DNA of 64,000 bases. It comes from Cellvibrio sp. GTDB lineage: Bacteria > Pseudomonadota > Gammaproteobacteria > Pseudomonadales > Cellvibrionaceae. The position numbers and the translations under genes were made by a program. Below, one piece after another: positions 29,024-39,039 of the stretch; the stretch's first letter is position 1; each line of letters begins with the position of its first letter. The notes under the pieces were generated by a model. The model ran no database searches. It was not told the origin of the DNA and saw only the letters and a program-made list of their open reading frames with translations. The stretch spans positions 2,208 through 66,207 of the forward strand of contig DATJLF010000005.1 of assembly GCA_035490715.1 (NCBI GenBank), in the 5' to 3' direction.

Positions 29024-31603
29024 TTATTCCAGGCTTGGAGCTTTGACCCCGAGTTTTTTCCACATCGTTGCGGTGATGCGTTGCCGATGCTTGTAACCTT
29101 GCCATGGGTCTTGGGTCATTCCTTCCAAACGCTCCAAAAGATTCCCGATAGTCCATTGAGAGGCGCTTTTGAGCGTCAGCAGCTCGTCGCGGGTAATCGG
29201 GACGGATACGGATAAACCAGCTCTCGCCCGAACGGAATAAGCTGCAACCGTGCTCGCTCCCCGCTGGTTTCGGAGATAGTCAATGAAAATTTTGCCGATC
29301 CGATTTTGCGGCCCCATTTTGGCCACAAATCGGTCAGGAATTTGTTTTGCCATGAATTGCGATAATGCTTTGGAAAATTCCTTCACATATTCCCAGACAA
29401 ATTCCCTGGCTAGCGGCACAACGATATGGACCCCCTTGCCTCCGCTGGTTTTGAGATAGGAATCCAACCCAAGCTCATCAAGCACTGCCTGGGTTAGGCG
29501 GGTTGCTTCAATCACACTACGCCAAGGCAAGGCTGGATCGGGATCCAAATCCAAAATAATGCGGTCGGGTGATTCGATAGTGTTGCTCGTGGCTCCCCAG
29601 GTGTGAAGTTCGATAGTCCCCATTTGTGCAGCCCCAACCAATGCTTGATGCGAGTTGATTTCCATCAAGCGAGCGTGGCCTGGATCAAGCGACGGGTCCA
29701 AATGTTCAATATGCGGGATAGCCAGCCGCTCCGCATGTTTTTGGAAAAACATTTCCCCTGCAATGCCCTCTGGTGCGCGCAATAATGAAACAGGTCGCCC
29801 CTGGACATGAGGCAAAATCCATCGCGAAATTGCATTGTAGAATTCCGCAAGATCCAGCTTGGTATAGCCGCTTTGCGTATCAATAATCCGATCAGGGTGA
29901 GTAATACGAATATCCGCCACTTTGGAGATGTCGGTTTGCCCACTCTTTTTTGCCCGCATATTCTTTTTCTTTCTCAACGGGGTGCCAGCAGGTTTAACTG
30001 CAGTTTCTCTAATAATTTCTTTAGCAGGCTTATCCGTACGCATGGCAATAAATGCGGCCTGCCGCAATATTCCCTCACCAGTCCACTCGGCAAATTCAAC
30101 TTCACACACAAGGTTTGGCTCAACCCAATGGACATCGCGGGTAAGCACACCACGCAATGGTTTGGTTAATGGTGGACTCTTCACTTCCAGGGATTTTAGC
30201 TGCCGATGCAACTGTTTAAGGCTGAGTTCATTAAATCCCGTGCCTACGCGCCCCACGTAACTCAACTCGGACGATTTAGGGCCCGCATAAACCCCGAGTA
30301 ATAACGCTCCAAAACCACTGCGGCTTCCCTTCGGCTTGGTATAACCCACAATGACAAACTCTTGCCGCAACCGGCATTTAAGCTTGATCCAATCTTGACT
30401 ACGTCGAGACTGATATAGACTTCCGGCGCGCTTTCCGATTACCCCTTCCAATGACATCGCGCAAGCACATTCAATAATATTGCGATGATCAGCTATAAAG
30501 GCTGATGAAAAACGCAGCGGACTACTCGCTTTATTCGGAATAATTTTTTCTACCGCTGCGCGTCGCTGTTCCAGAGGCGCATCACGCAAGTCGATACCGT
30601 TGATAAAAGGCGCATCAAATAGATAGTAGAGAATTTCCTGGCTCCGGCCGATTTCGAACGCATTTTGCAACGCCTGGAAATCCGGGACACCCTTTTCGTT
30701 CAATACAACAATTTCACCATCAAGCCAGGAGCTTTCTAGCCTCAATGCCTGGATAGCCTTTGCTTGTTTCGGTAACCGAGCCGTCCAATCATTACCATTT
30801 CGAGTAAATAATTTTACCTCTCCGTCCTCTACCCTCGCCAATAATCGGTAACCATCAAATTTAATCTCATATAGCCACTCACCTGCGGGAGGCTCACTAA
30901 CTAACGTGGCTAATTCGGGGGTAATAAATTCTGGTAATGAAATTTTTTGCTTTTTTGATGGTGAAGAGGACGGTTTTTTCTCAGCGATTTTTTTTACATT
31001 CGATTTTTCCGTCACTGGCTTTGCCTTTTTCCCGGAGGGAAGCAAATTGCCGCTGATAACACTTTGAGGCTGGGCCTCAATCACATCATAATCGTCTTCA
31101 GACCTTGCGCTGGCATCACGCTCTTTTACTAATAACCACTGTTCTTTATCCCCGCGTGCACGCATACTTGTGCGAACAAGGCTCCAGTTACCCGAAAGCT
31201 TCTCCCCAATTAATTCAAATTTCAATTTTCCATCTTTGTAGGCTGTATGCGGATCTGTCAACGGTTTCCACACACCGTGATCCCACACGATTACATCCCC
31301 GCCGCCATACTGTCCTTCGGGAATGTGCCCTTCGAAACCCGAATAACCAAGTGGGTGATCTTCAACTTCAACTGCCAAGCGTTTTATTTTAGGGTCGAGG
31401 CTAGGCCCTTTGGGAATAGCCCAACTCTTTAACGTTCCCCCTATTTCCAGGCGGAAATCATAATGCAAACGTCGTGCATCGTGTTTTTGGATAACGAAAC
31501 GTAAAGCATGCGCCGGTGAACTCTTATTTTCCATTTCACCTTGAGGTTCGTTCGTAACATCAAAATTGCGTTTACGTCTGTATTCTGTCAGTGATTTAGC
31601 CAT
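29024..31603 (-). CDS. ligD: NHEJ DNA ligase D (phosphoesterase-ligase-polymerase order)
   Basis: QKHDARRLHYDFRLE (PE), YEIKFDGYR (ligase motif I) and PDRIILDLDP / KTSGGKGVH (Pol). ATG at 31603 preferred. Confidence 0.96.
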   Translation of the reverse strand: MAKSLTEYRRKRNFDVTNEPQGEMENKSSPAHALRFVIQKHDARRLHYDFRLEIGGTLKSWAIPKGPSLDPKIKRLAVEVEDHPLGYSGFEGHIPEGQYGGGDVIVWDHGVWKPLTDPHTAYKDGKLKFELIGEKLSGNWSLVRTSMRARGDKEQWLLVKERDASARSEDDYDVIEAQPQSVISGNLLPSGKKAKPVTEKSNVKKIAEKKPSSSPSKKQKISLPEFITPELATLVSEPPAGEWLYEIKFDGYRLLARVEDGEVKLFTRNGNDWTARLPKQAKAIQALRLESSWLDGEIVVLNEKGVPDFQALQNAFEIGRSQEILYYLFDAPFINGIDLRDAPLEQRRAAVEKIIPNKASSPLRFSSAFIADHRNIIECACAMSLEGVIGKRAGSLYQSRRSQDWIKLKCRLRQEFVIVGYTKPKGSRSGFGALLLGVYAGPKSSELSYVGRVGTGFNELSLKQLHRQLKSLEVKSPPLTKPLRGVLTRDVHWVEPNLVCEVEFAEWTGEGILRQAAFIAMRTDKPAKEIIRETAVKPAGTPLRKKKNMRAKKSGQTDISKVADIRITHPDRIIDTQSGYTKLDLAEFYNAISRWILPHVQGRPVSLLRAPEGIAGEMFFQKHAERLAIPHIEHLDPSLDPGHARLMEINSHQALVGAAQMGTIELHTWGATSNTIESPDRIILDLDPDPALPWRSVIEATRLTQAVLDELGLDSYLKTSGGKGVHIVVPLAREFVWEYVKEFSKALSQFMAKQIPDRFVAKMGPQNRIGKIFIDYLRNQRGASTVAAYSVRARAGLSVSVPITRDELLTLKSASQWTIGNLLERLEGMTQDPWQGYKHRQRITATMWKKLGVKAPSLE

Positions 31604-31691
31604 AGGATAAAATACCTTTGCGCTCACTTAATAAACGGTAATTTTAGGGCAATAAAATAATTTTAAATGAAGCACCTTTACGGCTGTTCGA

Positions 31692-32666
31692 TCAAGCCCC
31701 TTTTCTTTTTCGCGTTGTTTTAACGGCTTTTTTTTCTGGTGCTTTTTTCGAGGTCGACGCAGGTGTTTTATTTGTCTTACGGGCTTTTGATTGCGATGCG
31801 CGAGATTTGGTTTTTAGCTCATGGATGTTTGCACTTTTATCCTCCGTCGTCTTGGGTTTTCGAGTGGTGCGCACCTCACTTCCTTTTAAACTCCGTTTAA
31901 GTAGTTCGGTTAAATCAATAACATCAGCGGATTTTCTAAACTCAGATTCTTCAATATTTTCCACTGCTTCAATTTTTCCCTCTTTCACTTTTTTCTCTAC
32001 AAGCGCCATAATTTTTTCCTGAAAACTATCATTGTAATTTTCTGGTGACCATCTACCGGACATATCTTCAACCAGTCGCTTAGCCATTTCCTTTTCATTT
32101 TTATCTAATTTGGGGTGAGTAACGGCATCCCCTAACTCTAATATATCTAATTTACGTACCTCAGTAGGCCAACGGAGTAAAATTAAGACCAATGCCGAGT
32201 CTAACGGCATGAGAACAGCCAAATGCTGCCGTACGTGCAGGACCACATTAGCTACAGCGACTTTATTTGTTGCTTTCAGCGCTTCCCTTAACAACGCATA
32301 TACCTTTTCACCCCTCTTCTCAGGAGCAAGATAATAAGGAGTCTCTATATGAGTGATGGGAATTTCGCTACTATCAATAAAAGAAAAAATATCGATAGCC
32401 TGCGTGGAGCGAGGGTGTGCCGCCTTTATTTCTCCTTCTTCCAAAATCACGTACTGGCCCTTCTCATACTGATAACCTTTGACAATATTTTCCTTGGCCA
32501 CTTCCTTGCCCGATGTTTTATTTACCCGCTTATAACCCACAGGATCCATACTTCTTTTATCCAGCCAATCCAAATCAATCCCCTGACTAGAAGTCGCAGA
32601 GATAAGGCTTATAGGGATATGAACCAAACCAAAACTGATAGCGCCTTTCCAGATTGCTCTCGCCAT
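31692..32666 (-). CDS. ku: NHEJ Ku protein with Lys-rich C-terminal tail
   Basis: MARAIWKGAISFGLVHIP, KGYQYEKGQYV and ETPYYLAP motifs. ATG at 32666 preferred. Confidence 0.96.
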   Translation of the reverse strand: MARAIWKGAISFGLVHIPISLISATSSQGIDLDWLDKRSMDPVGYKRVNKTSGKEVAKENIVKGYQYEKGQYVILEEGEIKAAHPRSTQAIDIFSFIDSSEIPITHIETPYYLAPEKRGEKVYALLREALKATNKVAVANVVLHVRQHLAVLMPLDSALVLILLRWPTEVRKLDILELGDAVTHPKLDKNEKEMAKRLVEDMSGRWSPENYNDSFQEKIMALVEKKVKEGKIEAVENIEESEFRKSADVIDLTELLKRSLKGSEVRTTRKPKTTEDKSANIHELKTKSRASQSKARKTNKTPASTSKKAPEKKAVKTTRKRKGA

Positions 32667-33070
32667 AACCAATACTCTCACTTGTAACGATCTCACCATG
32701 ACCATGATTTGTTGACTCACATAATAAAAAAAAATTCAGACGATCCATCCAAACACTTTGCTATTCCGTTTACCTTCCATACCTTTATAGCTTTTTGAAA
32801 TTAACTATTTTGGCCTTAAAAGCTCTTGGGTTTACATGGAATAATTTTGTAAAAAATTCCATATTAAAAACCATTGATTTATATAAGCTTTTTAAGCTTT
32901 AACCTTTATTTTGAAAAATATTCAAAAACAATATCTTTTTTTTACGCATCCATTCGGTAAAAAATAAGTATTGAGGGATAAAAATTTATGTAAGTCGTGG
33001 AATTATTGAGGATTTTAGTGTGTCAATGATTTGTAAATAATCTGGTTTTGGTTTTCAGGAGGGAATAAAA

Positions 33071-33643
33071 ATGCAAGCAAAAGATATGTTACTTATTGGA
33101 GCCGCATTTGCCGCAGGTTTTGCATTAACAAAAATCGGCAAACAGGACAGGGTCAATATGAAGACATTTATTGAAGAAGCATTAGCGAAAAGCGCATCTG
33201 AAATAAATCACTCCAAACTGGCCTTGGAGAAATCACAGTCAACTAACATAAAAATTTTTGCGCAACGAATGATAGAAGACCACATATCATTAAATCAGCA
33301 ACTGACTGAGCTTGCCCAAAAATACGATCTCAGCATCCCTGATCTTGAAAAGCACGCTAACACAACCAGAATTTATCGTGTTGAATTTAAGAATGAAGAG
33401 TTATTTGATCAAGAATATGTTAATCACCAATTAAATTCCCATCGCGATATGATCAAGTTGTTCCGTCTTATTGGCCGGTCTGAAGACCCAGAAATCAGAA
33501 ATTTTTTATCCAGAGTGTTGGACCAATTGAGTCATCATTTGCGAATGGCTCAGGAACTCGCGGAAAGTTTTCACTCAAACAACATTCCGACTACACCAAT
33601 TTCACAAACCGATTTTGTAGAAGAGCCCGATTATAAAGTGTAA
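33071..33643 (+). CDS. DUF4142 (ferritin-like) domain protein
   Basis: EI..SKLALEKS...K.FAQRMIEDH, FDQEYVNHQLNSH and HLRMAQEL motifs; hydrophobic N-terminus. Confidence 0.75.
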   Translation: MQAKDMLLIGAAFAAGFALTKIGKQDRVNMKTFIEEALAKSASEINHSKLALEKSQSTNIKIFAQRMIEDHISLNQQLTELAQKYDLSIPDLEKHANTTRIYRVEFKNEELFDQEYVNHQLNSHRDMIKLFRLIGRSEDPEIRNFLSRVLDQLSHHLRMAQELAESFHSNNIPTTPISQTDFVEEPDYKV

Positions 33644-33690
33644 AAAAAATTAACGTCATTTCTCACATCACTTCTCATGAGGATTAAATA

Positions 33691-33870
33691 ATGGCAAACC
33701 CAAATCCGGAAATTCCGCCGCCAATGCCAGATCCCGTTGATCCGCCGCAGCCCTCTCCTGGACCAACTCCCATTCCGGATCCAAGTCCACCCGGCGTACC
33801 AGAACATCCTATCCAACCAACCGATCCGATTGAGCCAACTCATCCAGCGGCTAATTTAGCGGCTAATTAA
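33691..33870 (+). CDS. 59-aa proline-rich small protein (not in ORF track)
   Basis: GAGGA RBS 7 nt upstream of ATG; translation MANPNPEIPPPMPDPVDPPQPSPGPTPIPDPSPPGVPEHPIQPTDPIEPTHPAANLAAN (23 Pro); fills the gap between co-oriented genes. Confidence 0.7.
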   Translation: MANPNPEIPPPMPDPVDPPQPSPGPTPIPDPSPPGVPEHPIQPTDPIEPTHPAANLAAN

Positions 33871-33919
33871 TGGTCGAGGAGCAATCGGAATTTTGATTAA
33901 CCGTTAAAGGAGAAACATT

Positions 33920-34333
33920 ATGAAAATTCAAGACATAATGACTCGAAATGTTGAAACAATTTCCCCCAACCAAACCATTTGTGAAGCAGCATGTGCAATG
34001 GCACGCGTTGATAGCGGAGCAATTTTGGTAAATGAAGGAGACCGACTTGTAGGAATGATCACCGACAGAGACATTGCGATACGCGCAGTGGCTGAAGGCC
34101 TGAGTCACGAAACGCCAATAAGTAAAGTAATGACAGAAAAAATTCGATACTGTTTTGAAGATGAAGATGTCCAACATGTAGCTGAAAACATGGCTGATAT
34201 TCAGGTACGTCGCTTGCCGGTGTTGAATCGGGATAAACGTTTGGTTGGAGTCGTTTCGTTAGGAAATATTGCAAGTTGTCGCAGCCAGAAAGCCAGTGCA
34301 ACAGTGTTGCAAGGTGTAGCACGAGCACATTAA
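33920..34333 (+). CDS. Stand-alone CBS-pair protein
   Basis: IMTRNVETI, LVGMITDRDI and VRRLPVLN..LVGVVSLG motifs; AAGGAG RBS. Confidence 0.9.
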   Translation: MKIQDIMTRNVETISPNQTICEAACAMARVDSGAILVNEGDRLVGMITDRDIAIRAVAEGLSHETPISKVMTEKIRYCFEDEDVQHVAENMADIQVRRLPVLNRDKRLVGVVSLGNIASCRSQKASATVLQGVARAH

Positions 34334-34371
34334 AAATCATCAGGATTAGAGTAAAAAAGGGGAGCATTGTC

Positions 34372-35280
34372 ATGAGTGAATTCCGTATCGGCATTTCCGG
34401 ATGGCGCTACGCTCCCTGGCGGAACAATTTTTACCCTAAAGGATTAATACAAAGAAAAGAGCTTTTTTTTGCATCCCGCTCTGTTAACAGCATTGAAATA
34501 AACGGGTCATTTTATGCCTTACAAACCCCGGATAGATACTGCAATTGGTATTCTGAAACTCCGGCTAATTTTATTTTCAGTGTAAAAGCACCCAGATACA
34601 TAACACACATTAAACGTTTAAATGATGTAGAAGAGCCTATTGCGAATTTTTTTGCTTCCGGTGTGTTAATGCTACAAGAAAAGCTTGGCCCAATCCTATG
34701 GCAGTTTCCTCCCAGTTTCAAATTTGATAAAGAGCTATTTACCCAATTTTTAGAGCTGCTGCCTAAGAATATTAAAACTGCAGTAACACTGACTAAAAAA
34801 TTTCATCACAATTTTTCCACTCCAAAAGAGATAGCTCCCAACCAACGTATTCGTCATTCAGTGGAAATCCGTAATACATCGTTTGTCACTGAGGATTTTA
34901 TAGAATTACTACGTCATTTTAATGTTGCATTTGTTGTTGCCGATTCTGCAGGTAGATTTCCCTTTGGAGAAGATATTACCAGTGACTTCATTTACATGCG
35001 CCTACATGGGGACAAAGAACTTTATCGGAGCGGCTACTCAGATGCCGCGATTCACCATTGGTTTACCCGTATAAAATCCTGGAGTCAGGGAGTGCAACCG
35101 CGCGATGCAAAACTCATTGGAAAACGCGCAAAACACCCTCAACTTCTCGACGTGTATTGTTATTTTGATAATACCGACAAATTATGGGCTCCTAAAGATG
35201 CCCGTCACTTATTACGTTTATTAGGGCAGGACGCACAGTTGATGGATGAAGCAGAGTTATTGGAGCTATCAACATCATGA
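34372..35280 (+). CDS. DUF72 (YecE-like) family protein
   Basis: RIGISGWRY..W...FYP, SIEINGSFY, FSVKAPRYITH, LWQFPP, YMRLHG and YCYFDN motifs. ATG at 34372. Confidence 0.88.
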   Translation: MSEFRIGISGWRYAPWRNNFYPKGLIQRKELFFASRSVNSIEINGSFYALQTPDRYCNWYSETPANFIFSVKAPRYITHIKRLNDVEEPIANFFASGVLMLQEKLGPILWQFPPSFKFDKELFTQFLELLPKNIKTAVTLTKKFHHNFSTPKEIAPNQRIRHSVEIRNTSFVTEDFIELLRHFNVAFVVADSAGRFPFGEDITSDFIYMRLHGDKELYRSGYSDAAIHHWFTRIKSWSQGVQPRDAKLIGKRAKHPQLLDVYCYFDNTDKLWAPKDARHLLRLLGQDAQLMDEAELLELSTS

Positions 35281-36104
35281 ATAGCAGCAATCTATTCCCC
35301 ACTACTGAAACCGGACTCATTACGAATGAGGCCAATGCCATTCGACTTACCGATTTAAAACCACCCGTACATAAATTTCGAATACTTACCTTAAATATGC
35401 ATAAAGGATTCACCGTATTTAATCGCCAATTCATGTTGCCAGAGTTGCGTGATGCCGTGCAGACATTATCAACAGATGTGGTGTTTTTACAGGAAGTTCA
35501 TGGGAGTCATCTTCTTCACGCACAACGTCACAACCATTGGCCAAGTGTGCCACAGTATGAGTATCTTGCAGACAGTATGTGGCCCGAATTTTCTTATGGT
35601 CGTAATGCTGTCTATCCTCACGGTGATCATGGGAATGCCCTGCTCTCCAAGTTCCCGATCCTGCGTCATCAAAATCTGGATGTTTCTATAGGAAACATCG
35701 AACAGCGCGGCCTGCTCCACTCGGTGTTGAAAATCCCTGGTCATGATGAGGTTCATGCTATCTGCGTTCATTTAGGGTTACGCGAAAGCCATCGCCAACA
35801 ACAGTTAAATTTACTCTGTGAACTTGTTGAAACATTTCCTGCAACGGCACCAGTTATTGTTGCTGGAGATTTTAACGATTGGAGGAGAAAAGCAAACGCA
35901 ATATTGGCGCGATGCGATTTACAGGAAGTTTTCACCACAACTTTCGGTAAAGAAGCCAAAAGTTTTCCGGCTCGTTGGCCTTTGCTTAGTTTAGATCGTA
36001 TCTACATACGCAATGCTACTTGCTATAAACCAGAGATTCTTTTTAAAAAACCCTGGTCTCATCTTTCTGACCACATTCCATTGGCGGTAGAGGTACATTT
36101 ATGA
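35277..36104 (+). CDS. ybhP: YbhP-like endonuclease/exonuclease/phosphatase
   Basis: LNMHKG, FLQEV, GNALLS, AGDFNDW, LDRIY and LSDHIP motifs. Confidence 0.88.
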   Translation: MNSSNLFPTTETGLITNEANAIRLTDLKPPVHKFRILTLNMHKGFTVFNRQFMLPELRDAVQTLSTDVVFLQEVHGSHLLHAQRHNHWPSVPQYEYLADSMWPEFSYGRNAVYPHGDHGNALLSKFPILRHQNLDVSIGNIEQRGLLHSVLKIPGHDEVHAICVHLGLRESHRQQQLNLLCELVETFPATAPVIVAGDFNDWRRKANAILARCDLQEVFTTTFGKEAKSFPARWPLLSLDRIYIRNATCYKPEILFKKPWSHLSDHIPLAVEVHL

Positions 36105-37381
36105 AAAATACCTGGCATGAAGGAAACAAAACTGACTTACTTATAAATGGAGAGGAATTTTTTTCCAGAGTCTTTGAATGTATTAACGGCGCTAAGCAAG
36201 AGATTATTATTGAAACCTTTATCCTGTCCGAAGATAAGGTTGGGTTTGAATTGCAAAAAGCGCTTATCGGTGCCGCCAAGCGAGGAGTTAAGGTAGATTT
36301 AACAGTGGATGATTATGGCACGTGGGATTTAAGTACTGATTTTGTTAAAAACATGATTGATAGTGGAGTGAGATTGCATATTTTCGATCCACAACCAACA
36401 TTATGGGGAGTGCGGTTAAACCTCTTCCGACGTCTACATCGCAAAATTGTGGTTATTGATCGCGAGGTAGCTTTTATCGGAGGCATTAACTACTGTGCAG
36501 ATCACATGATGGATTTCGGTGAGAAAGCAAAACAGGATTACGCACTTGAGGTACGAGGCCCTGTGGTAGCAGATATTCATAAATCGAGTATGTTGCTGCT
36601 TCTCCGCGGCTCAAGTCGACATGACCGCCGAGCCTATTTAAAGGATGCAAAACGTTCTTCACCAGAGCCAGCAGGTGAATCTCCCGTTCTTTTTGCGGAA
36701 CGTGATAATAGATGGCATAAGAAAGATATAGAGAAACAGTATTTATTAGCAATTCGTTTGGCCAAAAAAAGAGTTGTAATAGCGAATGCTTATTTTTTTC
36801 CGCGTTATTTTTTCTTACTTGCTTTGCGCAGAGCTGCACGCAGAGGTGTGGATGTGACATTGATTATGCAAGGCCAACCGGATATGCCTTGGGTAACTAC
36901 GCTAACGCGCTTGCTCTACAATTACTTATTGCGGTCAGATGTAAAGATTTACGAATACTGCCAACGGAGTTTCCATGGCAAAGTGGCGTTAGTCGATGAT
37001 GAATGGGTAACTATTGGTTCAAGTAATCTTGATCCGCTGAGCTTGTCCTTGAATTTGGAAGCTAATGTTTTTGTTCAAAATAAACAGCTTAACCAAACTT
37101 TATCCGATCATCTTCAAGAACTGGTGGATAACCATTCCCAACGAGTAAATGTGGAGATCGCCAAGCGTGGATATTGGTGGCGCGTACCCCTGATATTCTT
37201 AAGCTTCCACTTTTTACGTCGTTTCCCTTCAATCATCGGCTGGTTACCCGCGCATGCGCCTGTGTTAAAACTCATAATGCCGCAAAAGCGTTTGTGGTGG
37301 GGAAATTCGCCCGCAAATGAGAAATTGGTAGAAAAACAAAAAGAGCCATCCCGCACTTATGACAAGGAAAGCATTTCATGA
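36101..37381 (+). CDS. clsB: Cardiolipin synthase ClsB
   Basis: Two PLD HKD motifs (LHRKIVVID, FHGKVALVD); no N-terminal TM; ybhP-clsB-ybhN order. Confidence 0.9.
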   Translation: MKNTWHEGNKTDLLINGEEFFSRVFECINGAKQEIIIETFILSEDKVGFELQKALIGAAKRGVKVDLTVDDYGTWDLSTDFVKNMIDSGVRLHIFDPQPTLWGVRLNLFRRLHRKIVVIDREVAFIGGINYCADHMMDFGEKAKQDYALEVRGPVVADIHKSSMLLLLRGSSRHDRRAYLKDAKRSSPEPAGESPVLFAERDNRWHKKDIEKQYLLAIRLAKKRVVIANAYFFPRYFFLLALRRAARRGVDVTLIMQGQPDMPWVTTLTRLLYNYLLRSDVKIYEYCQRSFHGKVALVDDEWVTIGSSNLDPLSLSLNLEANVFVQNKQLNQTLSDHLQELVDNHSQRVNVEIAKRGYWWRVPLIFLSFHFLRRFPSIIGWLPAHAPVLKLIMPQKRLWWGNSPANEKLVEKQKEPSRTYDKESIS

Positions 37382-38427
37382 CATCACACTATAACGCACT
37401 CGATGAGCAAAATCGCGAAAAGCCACAAAATAAGAAATTATTTTGGTTTAAAAGACTTATTACCATTTTTTTCTTCATATTGGTTCCAATACTCTTATAC
37501 ACATTGCTTAAAAAAATTGAATGGCAAGAAGTAAAAGAAACACTCTTATCATATGAAGTAAAAACATTGCTTATAGGGCTATTAATAGCGTTATGCAGTT
37601 ATATTGTGTTTGCGAGTTATGATCTTATTGGAAAAAAATACACCGCCCATTCAATCCCTGCCAAACAAATCATTCCACTTGGAGCGGTTTGTTATGCATT
37701 TAATTTAAATCTATCGAGCTGGGTAGGTGGTATTGCCCTGCGTTATCGGCTTTATTCCAGGCTAGGCCTGGAAGTTTCAACTATCACTAAAGTTCTTACG
37801 ATGAGTTGGATAACGAATTGGTTAGGGTACATGATCATTGCAGGAGTGATTTTTTCACTCGGTTTATTAGAGTTGCCTGATAGCTGGAAACTAGGAACAA
37901 CCGCCCTGCAATTTATCGGCGTGGCCCTTATAGGAGTCGCAACAACCTATCTTTTAGCTTGCAGGTTCGCAAAACGAAGATCGCTACATATCTATAACCA
38001 TGAAATAACGCTGCCTGATTTCCGCTTATCAATTGTGCAAGCAGGATTAGCAACTCTTAATTGGTCGTTAATGGGGTTGTTAATATTTATTTTGTTACCC
38101 GATGGAAAAATTGGCTATCCCACCATACTAGGTATTCTGCTCATAAGCAGCATTGCAGGATTAATAACTCACATACCAGCGGGTCTTGGAGTATTGGAGG
38201 CAATATTCATCACTATGCTCCAGCACCAATTATCCAAAGGAACAATTTTGGCTGCATTGATTGGCTATCGAATTTTGTACTTTCTTATCCCACTTGCTAT
38301 AGCAATTATTATTTATTTAATTTTGGAAAGCCGAGCCAAGAAAATGCGTACATCTAATAATAAAAATGTTGATGCGACGGTTGATAAATCCACCGGTCAA
38401 AAACACCACGCGAACTCAACTACTTAA
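37378..38427 (+). CDS. ybhN: YbhN/UPF0104 lysylphosphatidylglycerol-synthase-like membrane protein
   Basis: YAFNLNL, RYRLYSRLG and THIPAGLGVLE motifs; multiple TM helices. Confidence 0.85.
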   Translation: MTSHYNALDEQNREKPQNKKLFWFKRLITIFFFILVPILLYTLLKKIEWQEVKETLLSYEVKTLLIGLLIALCSYIVFASYDLIGKKYTAHSIPAKQIIPLGAVCYAFNLNLSSWVGGIALRYRLYSRLGLEVSTITKVLTMSWITNWLGYMIIAGVIFSLGLLELPDSWKLGTTALQFIGVALIGVATTYLLACRFAKRRSLHIYNHEITLPDFRLSIVQAGLATLNWSLMGLLIFILLPDGKIGYPTILGILLISSIAGLITHIPAGLGVLEAIFITMLQHQLSKGTILAALIGYRILYFLIPLAIAIIIYLILESRAKKMRTSNNKNVDATVDKSTGQKHHANSTT

Positions 38428-38449
38428 GAAATATCAGACCACCAAAAAC

Positions 38450-38480
38450 AAAAAAGCCCGCAGTTTTGCGGGCTCTTTTT
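38450..38480. terminator. Bidirectional terminator between ybhN and tRNA-Pro
   Basis: AAAAAAGCCCGCA-gttt-TGCGGGCTCTTTTT. Confidence 0.8.
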
Positions 38481-38483
38481 ATT

Positions 38484-38560
38484 TGGTCGGAACGGCGGGA
38501 TTTGAACCCACGACCCCCACACCCCCAGTATGGTGCGCTACCTGGCTGCGCTACGCTCCG
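38484..38560 (-). tRNA. tRNA-Pro (anticodon GGG)
   Basis: 77 nt CGGAGCGTAGCGCAGCCAGGTAGCGCACCATACTGGGGGTGTGGGGGTCGTGGGTTCAAATCCCGCCGTTCCGACCA; cloverleaf, T-loop and encoded CCA. Confidence 0.96.
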
Positions 38561-38682
38561 ATGATTCTGGATACCATATGGCATCGCGAAGGCTCGGCAT
38601 AATACCTTAATTTATTACTAATGCAATCAAAGATTTATCTGGCAAATGTAAATTGAAAACCGGATTAATAATGAAAAGACTT

Positions 38683-39039
38683 TTATTTTATTTTTAATAG
38701 ATCCAGTAAATGTTCAAGATCATCAATCATCCGCACTACTAACTGATTCAACTGATTGGACTCCGATTGCCCCTCATGAGACATTTGCAATCGAGCGCCA
38801 CCAATAGTAAAACCCTGATCGTACAAAAGACTACGAATCTGGCGGATGGTTAATACATCTTGACGCTGATAATAACGGCGATTACCACGACGCTTTACTG
38901 GATTTAATTGCGGAAATTCCTGCTCCCAGTAACGCAATACATGCGGTTTTACTGCGCAAAGCTCACTCACCTCACCAATTGTGAAATAGCGTTTTCCAGG
39001 AATTACGGGAAGTTCGTCGTTATGACTCGGTTCCAACAT
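38683..39039 (-). CDS. MerR-family regulator (conserved downstream of ihfA)
   Basis: [22 protein letters not shown] and KRRGNRRYY motifs. Confidence 0.92.
   Translation of the reverse strand: MLEPSHNDELPVIPGKRYFTIGEVSELCAVKPHVLRYWEQEFPQLNPVKRRGNRRYYQRQDVLTIRQIRSLLYDQGFTIGGARLQMSHEGQSESNQLNQLVVRMIDDLEHLLDLLKIK

Noticed and set aside
32721-33070. Specific ECF/AlgU promoters for ku or DUF4142
   Set aside because: Partial -10-like words (TCTGA) lack a correctly spaced -35; AT-richness makes chance matches likely.
28853-38560. Integrative genomic island at tRNA-Pro(GGG)
   Set aside because: No integrase, and I found no duplicated tRNA 3' end (TGGTCGGAACGGCGG) at the left side of the stress cluster. 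Acquisition remains possible, but a mobile element is not supported.
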